DNA of 59,541 nucleotides from a virus (Duplodnaviria > Caudoviricetes), in IMG/VR virus record IMGVR_UViG_3300032255_000002, positions 1 to 59,541 of that record, one strand, 5' to 3'. Made by a program: the position numbers and the translations under genes. How positions within the stretch are numbered: the stretch's first letter is position 1; every line of letters starts with the position of its first letter. Of this stretch, positions 37,069-47,385 are shown piece after piece. Under the pieces are notes generated by a model. It worked only from the letters and a program-made list of their open reading frames with translations. It searched no databases and was not told the DNA's origin.

Positions 37069-37675
37069 AGTAAACAGTTTTTGGGGTGGTTTCGTTACGT
37101 TGCCGCCCCAACCCGAAAAACCTACTCCGGAGGTATATCTCGAAGCGGAAGGAATGCTCGCTCTTTGCAAGAGGTTGGAGACCTACACGATCGATCTTGC
37201 ATACACAGTCGTCAACACACTAAGGGACAGACCTACAGAGTTCTCTCTTGGAGAGTGGACAGACCTAGGCTTCTTCTTCCGAACGTCGGAGAAGTCGCTA
37301 GACACGCTTAGAAAGGAATGTGCTCGAATACACCAAGAGGTAGGCAGAGCCCTCTGCCTCGCGATAACGAAGCGCTGCATGGCAGACCCTTCATTAGAGA
37401 TAAACGTGTCGGGAAAGTATGCTACCGCTTCTCCCGACGTACAAAAGACTCCTACGCTTCCTCCGAAGGGAACCGCAGAGTACAGAGAATTACTTTCGAT
37501 GCTCGGAGCTTCTGAAGAAGTAACGCAGCAAGACATTTTGCGTCCGCATTGGAAGAACCTGCAAGAGTTTGTTACCGAGTTGGCTAGAAAGGGAGACTCT
37601 TCTCTCGATCATCTAATCGGTTCGAAGCTCTCTCCAAAAGTTGTTTATAGAAAGAAATCCAGAAAGAGAAATTAG
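37025..37675 (+). CDS. Hypothetical protein in the replication module
   Basis: ORF between helicase block and SSB-like gene; start uncertain. Confidence 0.65.
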   Translation: MSCTRMRRRNLTHDEVNSFWGGFVTLPPQPEKPTPEVYLEAEGMLALCKRLETYTIDLAYTVVNTLRDRPTEFSLGEWTDLGFFFRTSEKSLDTLRKECARIHQEVGRALCLAITKRCMADPSLEINVSGKYATASPDVQKTPTLPPKGTAEYRELLSMLGASEEVTQQDILRPHWKNLQEFVTELARKGDSSLDHLIGSKLSPKVVYRKKSRKRN

Positions 37676-37676
37676 A

Positions 37677-38510
37677 ATGCCTACTAAAGACCACTCGACA
37701 GACGTAACGAAATTCGAAGGCGCTCCTGCGGGGCTCGCGAAGTACGCGACAAAGCAGAACGAAGAAATGACTCGGGCGATGAAAGCAAAGCGTGTGCTTT
37801 CTCGCCTCAAGAGAATTCAAGGAATGACTGATGATTCTTTGAAAGCGAAGCATGGAGAAGGTTCCGTTATCTTGCATCCGACCGGAGTTAAGATTGCGGA
37901 TCGAGACGAAGATTTCGCTTTCGTTCCTCTGTTCTTCTTCTTGGAGTACACAAAGGACAGCGATCTCGAAGACTCGGAAGCGGATTTCATTCTCGAACGT
38001 TCTTTCGATACGGCGAGTAATATTGCGATTCTTGCGCAAGATAAAGAGCGCAGAACGGAAGACTACGCAGACGGACGGAAGCGCAAAGACGGAACTCCGA
38101 TGCGATACCGATACGTAGAACATTTCGTGTTTCCCGGAGTGCTCTACGGAGGTCCTAACAATATGACTCCGTGTGTTATTAGCTTCGAAAGGGGCGAACA
38201 CTTCCAAGGGCAGAACCTCTGCTCCGCTTGGGATATGCGAAAGATCGGAATGGACAACGCTCCTATGTGGGCTTGCGTCTGGAACTTCCGCTCTGTCCTA
38301 CGTACTCGCGATACGTTCAAGTGGTTCGGTTGGGACTTCGACAACCCGGAGAAGATGTACATTGAAGAGGGCGAGTACGAAACGTTCCATTCAATGCACG
38401 AAGAGCTCGCGCGTCTTCACGCGGAACGTTTGCTCGTTGTGGACCGCACCGATACAGAAGAAGATATCGCAGCAGCAACGGCATCCGTCGCAAATGACGA
38501 AGCGATGTAA
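37677..38510 (+). CDS. Putative ssDNA-binding/annealing protein
   Basis: RLK.IQ.M, aromatic beta-rich core, acidic C-terminus, position before primase. Confidence 0.55.
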   Translation: MPTKDHSTDVTKFEGAPAGLAKYATKQNEEMTRAMKAKRVLSRLKRIQGMTDDSLKAKHGEGSVILHPTGVKIADRDEDFAFVPLFFFLEYTKDSDLEDSEADFILERSFDTASNIAILAQDKERRTEDYADGRKRKDGTPMRYRYVEHFVFPGVLYGGPNNMTPCVISFERGEHFQGQNLCSAWDMRKIGMDNAPMWACVWNFRSVLRTRDTFKWFGWDFDNPEKMYIEEGEYETFHSMHEELARLHAERLLVVDRTDTEEDIAAATASVANDEAM

Positions 38511-38527
38511 GAGAGCTAGTAACTAAT

Positions 38528-38587
38528 GGCAGAGGTTCGCGCTTTTGGGTTCAGAATTAGGTGCTCCCCTTTCCGCGAATCTCTGCC
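38528..38587 (+). terminator. Stem-loop before the primase-helicase gene
   Basis: GGCAGAGGTTCGCG pairs with CGCGAATCTCTGCC; pyrimidine tract follows. Confidence 0.55.
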
Positions 38588-38635
38588 TCTACCTTTCTTT
38601 CTTTGGCTTCTTCGGATAGACGGACGGTGTAAGGC

Positions 38636-41485
38636 TTGGTCAAGAAGAGACATGCGATAGAGAACATTTCAGCACTCGCAGAGCTGGAGCGTTTAGAGTG
38701 GTCTTACGAACCGCTTGGAGGAGATGAGATAAAACTTCTTTGTCCTGCGCACAAAGAAAAAGTACCTAGCGCAACCCTCAACGTTGTAAGCAACCTTTGG
38801 AACTGCAAGGCGTGCAAAGCCAAAGGCGACATAATCACATTCATAGCGTTCGCTCTCGAATCGGAGAGAGGCGCGGTGATGGTGGACTTATCTACTCGAT
38901 ACGATATCGAGGAGATAAAGGAGATGAGCCCGGATACGATAGAGAAGTATCACGCGGCAATTGATTCTGCGGGTCCGCTACTAAACGAACTCGTTAAGCG
39001 CGGAGTTTCAGACAAAGCAATACGGAAGTTTAGACTTGGGTACTTCCGTGGACGAATCACAATCCCTGTTAGAGACGAACGCGGAAGGTACGTCAATCTC
39101 CGTCGCTATCTGCCGGGAGCACCAAGAGACAAGAAGGTAATAAACGCTCGCGGATTCGGAAAAGAGCGTCTGTTCAACATCGAATCGCTCAGAAAGAAAG
39201 GCGTCGAACGGGTTTTGATTCTCGGAGGAGAAATTAAAACCATCGTTGCTGACGATATGGTAGGCGATTCGTTCGCTTGCATTAGCTCGACTTCTGGAGA
39301 AGGAAACTTTGCCCGTGCTTGGGTAAAGGAATTCGTGGATAAAGACGTTTGGGTTATGATGGACATAGACGCTGCGGGCAAAGCCGCAGCGCGAAGAGTT
39401 GCGGGAATGATCGCACCCGCAGCGAGAAACGTCTTCATAGTTACTCTTCCTCTAGACAGACTGAAACATCCGAAAGGGGACTATAACGATTGGGTTGGAG
39501 TCGAAGGGGCGGGACGGGATGAAACCCTCCGTCTTCTGCATGACTCCCCTCTCTTCAAACCCGCGCAACTTCTTGCGGAGGTTGAAAAAGGACACAAAGA
39601 GGTTCTCCTTCCGACTGTTACAGATCCAGACAACGTTGGCTGGAGACTGTCCGTAGAGGGCGTTATAAGCGCGTCGGACACAACCCCGTACTTGGTTCCC
39701 AAAGAGATCGCAGTCTCTTGCACACGGGATCAGGGAGGCTGCTCCAGGTGCCCCGTAAGCTTTGCGGAACCCGACGAACACGGTTTCGTAGGGATGCGTC
39801 TAGGCTCTTCGAGCGAAGCTATTCTAGGAATGGTGAACGCGGGCAAGGATCAGCAGGTACACGCGATCCGCGAAGCGTTGCGAATACCTAAGTGCAAAGC
39901 GGTTGAATTTGAGGTAAAGACGCACTTTTCTGTTTCGGATGTTCGTCTCACTCCGCAACTAACTATCAACGGAGAAGGTGCGGGCAATGTGCAACAACCC
40001 GCGCTAGTTGTGGACGGTAGGCCGGAACTCAACGTACCGTATCTGTTCGGAGGAAAAATCTATCCGCATCCAAGAACGCAACAAGCAACGCTCGTTCTTG
40101 ACGGAACCAAGGAAACTTCGGATAGCCTCTCTTCGTTCACTCCGACTACGGCAGAAATGGAAGCGCTCGCGATCTTCCGTCCGGAGGAAGATTCTCTCGA
40201 TGGTCTTTCTGCAAAGCTAACCGAGGTCTACGAAGACTTCGCTGCGAATGTTACAGGCATTCACGGGCGGCAAGAGATGCACGCGCTGTTAGATATGGCT
40301 TATCATTCGCCGTTGTTCTTTCGGTTTAGAAACAAGCGCGTTAATGGTTGGGTGAACATCCTTGTAATGGGCGATAGTGCGCAAGGCAAATCAGAGACTA
40401 CCCAATGTCTAATAGATCACTACAGTTTGGGCGAACGAGTAGACTTGAAGAACGCGACGGTTGCGGGTTTGCTCGGAGGATTGCAGCAGCTTGGGAATCG
40501 TTGGTTTGTTTCTTGGGGAGTTATTCCAACGCACGATAAGCGAATCGTAATTCTCGAAGAGATGAAGGGCGCTGCTACGGAAATTATCAGCAAGCTAACG
40601 GACATGCGGTCTTCAGGTATCGCAGAGATTCCGAAGATCGAGCGTAGGCGAGCACACGCAAGAACGCGGATCGTAGCTCTTTCGAATCCGAGAGGCTCCC
40701 GACCTATGAGCGGCTTCGCCTTCGGAATCGAAGCAGTCCTAAACCTTGTCGGAGCGCTCGAAGATGTTCGACGCTTTGACGCGGCTTTGATTGTTGCTGC
40801 GGGAGACGTTTCCCATAAGACAATGAGTTCTCGTCCTGTTGTGAAACACAAGTACACTTCCGAGTTGTGCAGACGTTTGATTCTTTGGGCTTGGACACGT
40901 ACGGAGGAACAGATCATTTTTTCTGCTGAAACAGAACTTGCAATCGAGAAGGCTAGTGCAAACTTATGCGAGATGTTCACCGATGAGATTCCTCTTCTCG
41001 ACAAGGGAACCTCGAAACACAAGGTTGCGCGGTTAGCTTGCGCTGTTGCTGCGCGGACATACTCCACCAAAGACGGAAAGCTGCTACTTGTCGAGCCTAG
41101 GCATGTTGAGTACGTGTACAACTTTCTTGCTGCGCATTACTCCAGCGAGAGCTTCGGATACCATTCGTTCACACGCGCAAGAAGAGCGCTAGGAACAATC
41201 GGCAAACCCGCAGCCGTCGAAAGGTATATCCGCGAACGTAGACACGCTCCGGACTTCGTTAGCGGTATGCTTCATTGCGAGCACATCCGAGTAACAGACA
41301 TACAAGACCTGTGCGAAACGGATCGAGACGGAGCAGGTTCGATCCTGTCTTTCCTTGTTCGGCACAGAGCTTTGCGAAGAGGGCACAAATCAGGCTACGA
41401 GAAAACCCCGCAGTTTATTTCGATGCTTCGTAAGCTCGACGCTGAAGGGATTGTAGACAAGTACCAAGCCACAGAGGATATGTAA
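38636..41485 (+). CDS. DnaG-type primase (CHC2 zinc finger and TOPRIM) fused to an MCM-like AAA+ helicase
   Basis: CPAH..C..C..GD, D.D.AG, GDSAQGKSET, ATVAGL.GG, ILEE, ALSNP, RRFD. Confidence 0.85.
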   Translation: MVKKRHAIENISALAELERLEWSYEPLGGDEIKLLCPAHKEKVPSATLNVVSNLWNCKACKAKGDIITFIAFALESERGAVMVDLSTRYDIEEIKEMSPDTIEKYHAAIDSAGPLLNELVKRGVSDKAIRKFRLGYFRGRITIPVRDERGRYVNLRRYLPGAPRDKKVINARGFGKERLFNIESLRKKGVERVLILGGEIKTIVADDMVGDSFACISSTSGEGNFARAWVKEFVDKDVWVMMDIDAAGKAAARRVAGMIAPAARNVFIVTLPLDRLKHPKGDYNDWVGVEGAGRDETLRLLHDSPLFKPAQLLAEVEKGHKEVLLPTVTDPDNVGWRLSVEGVISASDTTPYLVPKEIAVSCTRDQGGCSRCPVSFAEPDEHGFVGMRLGSSSEAILGMVNAGKDQQVHAIREALRIPKCKAVEFEVKTHFSVSDVRLTPQLTINGEGAGNVQQPALVVDGRPELNVPYLFGGKIYPHPRTQQATLVLDGTKETSDSLSSFTPTTAEMEALAIFRPEEDSLDGLSAKLTEVYEDFAANVTGIHGRQEMHALLDMAYHSPLFFRFRNKRVNGWVNILVMGDSAQGKSETTQCLIDHYSLGERVDLKNATVAGLLGGLQQLGNRWFVSWGVIPTHDKRIVILEEMKGAATEIISKLTDMRSSGIAEIPKIERRRAHARTRIVALSNPRGSRPMSGFAFGIEAVLNLVGALEDVRRFDAALIVAAGDVSHKTMSSRPVVKHKYTSELCRRLILWAWTRTEEQIIFSAETELAIEKASANLCEMFTDEIPLLDKGTSKHKVARLACAVAARTYSTKDGKLLLVEPRHVEYVYNFLAAHYSSESFGYHSFTRARRALGTIGKPAAVERYIRERRHAPDFVSGMLHCEHIRVTDIQDLCETDRDGAGSILSFLVRHRALRRGHKSGYEKTPQFISMLRKLDAEGIVDKYQATEDM

Positions 41486-41487
41486 CT

Positions 41488-41940
41488 ATGGTTGACTCAA
41501 GCGAACTCGTAAAAGTGTTTCATAGGAAGTTCGGGTATCCGATAGGACTTAAACTTTCCGAATGCGTAATTGAAAAGAATGTGCAGGACTTGCTGCAACA
41601 CTCTGCGTTACAGCTAGGCACCTTGTCTACGGAACTACGGAGAAGCAGCGTTGCAGACGACACCCTAGTTTATAGGATGTACGTTCTTATCGAAGAGGTA
41701 GGAGAACTTGCAGAGGCTCTTTTATGCCGGAACGAGGAAGAAACAGCAGACGCTTGCGCGAATGTTCGGTATTCAATAGACTCTGTTGCGGTTGCTTTTG
41801 GCTATCCGATAGCGGCTCTTGTTGCGGAAGTTCATCGTTCGAATATGACAAAGGAGTACGGGAAAACAAGAGCGTTCAAAGGACCGAGTTATAGTAAGCC
41901 CGACATTCGCAGGATTCTTGAGGAGTACAAGACGATATGA
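41488..41940 (+). CDS. MazG-like nucleotide pyrophosphohydrolase
   Basis: FH.KFG, EEVGEL..A, E.AD, EVHRSNMTK, KGPSY..PD. Confidence 0.85.
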   Translation: MVDSSELVKVFHRKFGYPIGLKLSECVIEKNVQDLLQHSALQLGTLSTELRRSSVADDTLVYRMYVLIEEVGELAEALLCRNEEETADACANVRYSIDSVAVAFGYPIAALVAEVHRSNMTKEYGKTRAFKGPSYSKPDIRRILEEYKTI

Positions 41941-42785
41941 GAGGCCAAGCTGTTTATCAAACTGCGGACGAACTTTGGTACGAACTCGCAAGCGCAAGTC
42001 TTGAGGTTGGACCCGGAACTAAGTACAACTACAGCGCAACTCTCGCGGATATTTCGCACAATTGGGTTTGGAATAAAACCCTTGGTTTGAACGCAACTCA
42101 CGCAGCCGAAGAATTAATTTGGCACCTTGGAGGTTGCGATCCTGAAGTTAGGTTCCAACGAAGGATAGAAGCGTTCTCACACGGGGAGGCTTGGGGAGGA
42201 GTGGAGAACCTCTACGCTGCGGCTTCGATACTTGCGAATGACACGGATAGCCGACAATGTATTCTATCCTCTCACGGTCTTAGAGATCTGATCCGCCTAC
42301 GCATCGACAACGTTTCTCCCGCCCCGCTTTCGTCGCTTCATTTCGTGCTGGACTGGGATACGCTCTGCCTTCTATCGCACGTTTCTTTGTGCAGCGTTTC
42401 GCGCTTACCCTATGACCTGTGGATCTTCACTTCTCTACAGAAGATCCTTGCTGGGGTCTTGGGACTAGAAAGAGGTTGGGCGATGTTTACAGCTTCTATC
42501 TTGACTATTCCAGAGGATCACGAAGAAAAGTATCGTGGCAAGCTTTCTAAGACTTACGGACAACCCGCGAGAGAAGATCGCGTAAACAAGCACTCTTTAG
42601 CGAACCTGTCGAAAGCGTCTTTCTCAGAAGTACAATCTGCGATAGACGTTGAGAGCTTGATACGGGAAAGTTCGGCTGCGAATATTGCTTTACCAATGGG
42701 TTCGTTGTTGAACGAATGCCTAGCTCTTTTACTCCAAGACGCAGGATACCCAACTCCGTTTTGGCTAGACAAAAGACTCGTATGA
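41937..42785 (+). CDS. Thymidylate synthase/dCMP hydroxymethylase-fold protein with degenerate catalytic motifs
   Basis: N...A.EE.IW.LGG, D.DSRQ.IL and LPYD..IFT.LQ..LA..LG present; PC and RSND missing. Confidence 0.7.
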   Translation: MRGQAVYQTADELWYELASASLEVGPGTKYNYSATLADISHNWVWNKTLGLNATHAAEELIWHLGGCDPEVRFQRRIEAFSHGEAWGGVENLYAAASILANDTDSRQCILSSHGLRDLIRLRIDNVSPAPLSSLHFVLDWDTLCLLSHVSLCSVSRLPYDLWIFTSLQKILAGVLGLERGWAMFTASILTIPEDHEEKYRGKLSKTYGQPAREDRVNKHSLANLSKASFSEVQSAIDVESLIRESSAANIALPMGSLLNECLALLLQDAGYPTPFWLDKRLV

Positions 42786-42972
42786 AAACTCACGATTGGT
42801 CGAAGATCTACGCTAAAGGTACGATTCATTGCGGGAGAGCTATTGTTGAGTTCTTGCCGAAAACGGACAGGATGCCCGACAGGGTTCGCTACGTGTCGAA
42901 GATCGGAGGTCCCGAGAGTGTGATTACGGTTATCTCGTTTCGTTCGTGGTGCTTCCGCAACAAAGGCAAGGT

Positions 42973-43203
42973 ATGAAGAACTTTGTTGTGTCTGTCAACT
43001 ACAGTCGAACAGGAGCAATGAATCAAGAAACAATCTTGATTAATCGCAGAGGTGTTAACGAGAAGCACGCTTTAGAAAGCGCTATCTTCGAAGCTGGAAG
43101 GAGATTGGGGAGAACGTTTAAAAACATGCACATCGAGTTTAGGTCTGCTTTCATTGTTCGCGATTCAAAACTAAGAACCATAGAAGGAAATAAAAATGTC
43201 TAG
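42973..43203 (+). CDS. Hypothetical protein
   Basis: ATGA-coupled ORF (MKNFVVS...). Confidence 0.55.
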   Translation: MKNFVVSVNYSRTGAMNQETILINRRGVNEKHALESAIFEAGRRLGRTFKNMHIEFRSAFIVRDSKLRTIEGNKNV

Positions 43204-43438
43204 TGTAGAGATAGATGATTCTCCATATGCTCCTGACAACTACCTTCAAGAAATGCGCGAAAGGATCGCATTTCAAAGAGGGAAAGAAGCGGGTTTGAAC
43301 CAAATGTACGACCTTTGGGATTCCGCAAGAAGTGAAACTGTATCTTCTCGTCCGAGTTTTGTCTTCCTTGTGGTTTCGTATGTATCAATTCCCTACGCAG
43401 CCTATTCATTAGTCCAACAGCTTTGCAATAACCAATGA
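43196..43438 (+). CDS. Hypothetical membrane protein
   Basis: C-terminal hydrophobic segment. Confidence 0.55.
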   Translation: MSSVEIDDSPYAPDNYLQEMRERIAFQRGKEAGLNQMYDLWDSARSETVSSRPSFVFLVVSYVSIPYAAYSLVQQLCNNQ

Positions 43439-45387
43439 TCGAACTTAGTCCTGGAAGGTACATGGTAGAGACGCTCGCGGAACTTCCGAAGCTTCACGGC
43501 TGCAAGGAATTGTTTCTCGACGCGGAAACTACCATGTTGGGACGTACTCGCGAGAAGGCCGCAGACGGCACTATGAAGCTCCGTAAACGAGCCGTCGAGC
43601 CGCACCTAGGAGATAGGGCTTGCGGTTGGGCAATCACAGCAGACACCCTCTCTGATTCGTGGTACGTCCCTATCCGACACTCCTCGCCCGGGGCAGAGAA
43701 GAGGAATCTAGATCCTGGAAGAGTGTCGGAATGGCTGCAAGATGTTTTGCAGTCTGCGGAGTACTGGATCAACGCGAACGTAAAGTTCGATATGCACTTC
43801 GCCGCAGCCGATGGAATTGATTTCGGAAACTGCAAAACCGTCTGTACAACTACACTCGCGAAGACGATTGATAGCGACAGGTTTAGTCACGGGCACAAAG
43901 ACTTGTGCCGAGATTGGTTGAACCTAGAAATGCCCGAAGAATACGAGATCAAACGTACTCTTCAGTCTCTAGGAAGTCACGACTACGGGCGCGTTGCTCC
44001 CGATAGAATGGGTTGGTACGCTTGCGGAGACGTAGAGACTAACCGTATGCTCTGGAAGTATTTGCTAGCTCGAAGAGAACCTGAAATGGAGACTCTTTGG
44101 GATACAGAGATTGCTCTTACTCCTGTTCTCTTCGATATGGAGCGCGAAGGTTTGCGCGTAAACCAAACACAATGCAAGCTTGAATCATACAACGCAATAA
44201 CGGCAATGATTCGTGCTTCAGAAGAATTGAGCGACCAAACCGGAACCGTTTACGTTGACAGTCCATCGACGATACATGAGATCCTATGCACGCAGCTAGA
44301 GCTTCCTGTTCTGAAGTACAACACTAACAAAGACGGTTTGAGAACAGGACCGAGCTTCGATAAAGAGGCTCTTGCGCTATATGAGACTCACCCTCTCGTA
44401 GTTAGCGCTCCAGAGAAGAAGCGTGTTCTGGACTTGATAAAAGAGTACCGCTCAGAACAGCATTTCCGGAGTTTGTTCTCGGATGGTTTTCTCCGAAAGA
44501 TTGACGCGAGCGGTAAGCTTCACTCTAGCTACAATCAAACGGTTAGAACGGGGAGGATGAGCTGCAAGAATCCGAACTCGCAACAAATGAGCCCGAGAGC
44601 AAAGAAGCTCATTATCCCGGACGACGGTTGCTCTTTTATCTGTCTCGACGCTTCGCAATTGGAGTTCCGTATCATTGTTCATTATATCAATGACACGGAC
44701 GCAATCGCAGCGTACCAACGGGACGCGAAGACGGACTTCCACCAATGGGTTGCAGACCTTTGCGAGATCCCGCGAACTCCCGCGAAAAATATCAACTTCG
44801 CGAAGGCATACGGAGCGGGTAAGAAACGCATCGCGGGGATGCTTTCCGGACAGAGCATCGTTATCGACGCGGTTATTAAGCGCGTCGAAGAAGAACTAGC
44901 GTCGGGTTGGATACGTCCAGGGAACAGAGCGCAACGAATTCAGCAGCTTTGTTTCCAGCGAGCAGAGCGGATCTATAACACGTATGATGAACGTCTCCCT
45001 GGAATCGCGAGAATGAAATCCGAAGCCGCGATCTTATGCAAAACTCGCGGGTGGATTCGCAACAAGCACAAGCGGAGGCGGCATCTTATCCCGAAGTTTT
45101 CTCACAACGCTTTCAACTCAATGATTCAAGGGGAAGCTATGGATTTGATTAAAGAAAGGATGGTTGCGGTTGCTCCGCGCTACAACAAAACTGTTCGGGA
45201 GTTGGGAATCAAGATGTTAGCTAACGTTCACGATGAGCTTCTCTTTCAAGGTGCTACGGAGGTTATGCGAGACCCGGAAACTACTGCGCTGCTAAGGAGT
45301 GTTCTCGAAGCTCCAGACGTTGCCTATCGAGTCCCTATCCTGTGGGACGGCCAAATCAGCGATACGAACTGGTACGAAGCTAAATGA
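43435..45387 (+). CDS. polA: Family A DNA polymerase with 3'-5' exonuclease
   Basis: DAET, N.KFD, YAC.D, RTGRMSC..PN.QQ, DASQLEFR, R..AK.INF...YG, VHDEL. Confidence 0.95.
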   Translation: MIELSPGRYMVETLAELPKLHGCKELFLDAETTMLGRTREKAADGTMKLRKRAVEPHLGDRACGWAITADTLSDSWYVPIRHSSPGAEKRNLDPGRVSEWLQDVLQSAEYWINANVKFDMHFAAADGIDFGNCKTVCTTTLAKTIDSDRFSHGHKDLCRDWLNLEMPEEYEIKRTLQSLGSHDYGRVAPDRMGWYACGDVETNRMLWKYLLARREPEMETLWDTEIALTPVLFDMEREGLRVNQTQCKLESYNAITAMIRASEELSDQTGTVYVDSPSTIHEILCTQLELPVLKYNTNKDGLRTGPSFDKEALALYETHPLVVSAPEKKRVLDLIKEYRSEQHFRSLFSDGFLRKIDASGKLHSSYNQTVRTGRMSCKNPNSQQMSPRAKKLIIPDDGCSFICLDASQLEFRIIVHYINDTDAIAAYQRDAKTDFHQWVADLCEIPRTPAKNINFAKAYGAGKKRIAGMLSGQSIVIDAVIKRVEEELASGWIRPGNRAQRIQQLCFQRAERIYNTYDERLPGIARMKSEAAILCKTRGWIRNKHKRRRHLIPKFSHNAFNSMIQGEAMDLIKERMVAVAPRYNKTVRELGIKMLANVHDELLFQGATEVMRDPETTALLRSVLEAPDVAYRVPILWDGQISDTNWYEAK

Positions 45388-45641
45388 AACTTCCGAAACA
45401 CTTACTGGATTTGCCCGAAATTCTCTTAACAACCCAAGACGGGGTTGTTAGACTGCGCATAACGGAGGAGGTCCCCTTATCCTCTAGCGTAGAGGTTCTC
45501 ACGATATGGAACATTCTGCACGCTCTGCGGAAGACGGACGGAAACGCAAGAAAGTCTGCGGAGAAACTCGCTTTGTCTAAGTCGAATTTCTATCGCCTAA
45601 TCAGAAAGTACGAGATCGCCCTTAAGTGGTGGGAAGAATAA
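45384..45641 (+). CDS. Fis-type helix-turn-helix protein
   Basis: ILHALRKTDGN...AEKL.LS.S.FYR.IRKY. Confidence 0.75.
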   Translation: MKLPKHLLDLPEILLTTQDGVVRLRITEEVPLSSSVEVLTIWNILHALRKTDGNARKSAEKLALSKSNFYRLIRKYEIALKWWEE

Positions 45642-45643
45642 CA

Positions 45644-45970
45644 ATGACCGAAAAACATACGCAGTTGGAGTTTGATTTCGAGGGTGTAAACGAAGCGCTT
45701 GGGAAAGAGTTCCTCGACGCGGATACGGAACTTCTCGCAACGTTCTTTCCTCTTGGAGCAGAAGAAAGTTTCGTGAAAGAAGTTGCAGGAGGAGCACCGA
45801 AATACTGCTCTACCCTCAAAAATTTGCGGGAGCTCACAAAAGCCGCAAGACACTTCGGAGCAATGCAAGTCTTCGAAATCCTCAAAGCAAAGGCCGAGTT
45901 GAAAGGCGAGAAGCATACGCTTATTGCTCAAGGTCTTGTGATTGAAGCTAAGAAGGAGTTGTTGGGATGA
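45644..45970 (+). CDS. Hypothetical protein
   Basis: ORF track; start moved to MTEKH. Confidence 0.6.
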   Translation: MTEKHTQLEFDFEGVNEALGKEFLDADTELLATFFPLGAEESFVKEVAGGAPKYCSTLKNLRELTKAARHFGAMQVFEILKAKAELKGEKHTLIAQGLVIEAKKELLG

Positions 45971-46233
45971 AGGTCTCGCACGCAGACGTTTTACACGCGG
46001 AGTTTTGTCTGCAAGATATTCGCGGAGACTATCTTAGGCAAAGAGGTTGGGAACACACTTCTTCAACACTCGGATCTTTCTGGGGCTGGACAAAGGAAAT
46101 AAACGGGATTAAGTACGTGGCTCCTACAACACACGCAATACGACTACAACTAGCATCGGAACCTGAAGGTGCGCAGGAAATTAAAAAAGAAGACGCAGAG
46201 GGAACAGCGAGTGACAAACCGAGCACACATTAA
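45967..46233 (+). CDS. Hypothetical protein
   Basis: ATGA-coupled. Confidence 0.6.
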   Translation: MKVSHADVLHAEFCLQDIRGDYLRQRGWEHTSSTLGSFWGWTKEINGIKYVAPTTHAIRLQLASEPEGAQEIKKEDAEGTASDKPSTH

Positions 46234-46956
46234 AAAGTACCTGAAGTCAAACCTAAAGAGACACGGAGTAAGTTCGACATTCTTCCGAAAGAAAGTCACT
46301 CCCGCTCTACGTCTGGACTTTTGCAACGCTCTTGTTTCTTTTGACAAGAGCTTCGGGCCGGATGGTTCCGATCAAGTTATTAGAGATTGTTGGGAACTAT
46401 GGGGAGACAAAGTAGGAAAGCCGACTCCCGCTCTTCGATCTCGTTTGAAAGATGTTATGCTATGCTAATGAAACGTTTTACTGTCCCGCCGACAATCGCA
46501 CTATCCGCTCTGCAAGCGCTTCGAACTTTCGATTACTCGGTCGGACGTAGAATTAATGTTATGGACGGTGTTTCTTCCACGTACTGCTTTGTCGTTGTCG
46601 CAGACAGGCAAGAGCGCAAGAGCATTAAGTTCTTGACTACGTACGTTCACGATTACAGCGACATTGAAGAAGGCGATGATGATTAGGGTTTATTTAGTTG
46701 ACGTAGACGAAGTGGAGCACGAAGTTCTTATTTCAAACGTAGAGAGGAGCAAATACACAACCCGCGTTGAGATAAAACCTGTTATCCGTACTGTTAAAGG
46801 AATCGTACAGGTTCATTTCAGAGGTAGAGACGGGCGCAAAACGCTTCGAGTGCTCGAAGCGGAAGACACGGCTCTGTATCTCCTCGCTATTGGAGATACG
46901 CATTCCTTTAATTTTTCTCCGCTCGTTTGGGATTCGATGAACGTGGATTCCGTTCT

Positions 46957-47385
46957 ATGAAAGAAGGAGAACTCCAAAAAGAACTTGTCGGACACTTCCA
47001 GCGTTCGGGAGCAGATGCTCTAAACAAGTGGGGAAATTCTATGGAGGGTTCCGGGTGGCCCGATGTTTTCGTTTGGCATCGAGTCTGGACCGGAGTTTTG
47101 GAGTTGAAGGTCGATGCGCGAAAGTACACAGAGAAACAAGTAGGCCGAATCTCTTCGCTACGAAACAAAGGAACTCCAGCGTTCGGACTTCGGTACTTCA
47201 ACAAGACAGATATTCTGCAAATGGAAGCACCGATCAGCACCAAAGAGTACCGAGTTATCGACGCGGTACAGAAACCCGGCAAGAACTCGAAGGTTGCGGG
47301 GTCAACTTTGCTTATGTGGCTGCGGAAGGTTTCGCAGCTAGAAGGAATTTACGAATTACGAAGGGACACTCTAAACAATGGTTAG
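46957..47385 (+). CDS. VRR-NUC/Holliday junction resolvase-like PD-(D/E)xK nuclease
   Basis: E..LQ, GWPD, LELK and T.KQ motifs. Confidence 0.75.
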   Translation: MKEGELQKELVGHFQRSGADALNKWGNSMEGSGWPDVFVWHRVWTGVLELKVDARKYTEKQVGRISSLRNKGTPAFGLRYFNKTDILQMEAPISTKEYRVIDAVQKPGKNSKVAGSTLLMWLRKVSQLEGIYELRRDTLNNG

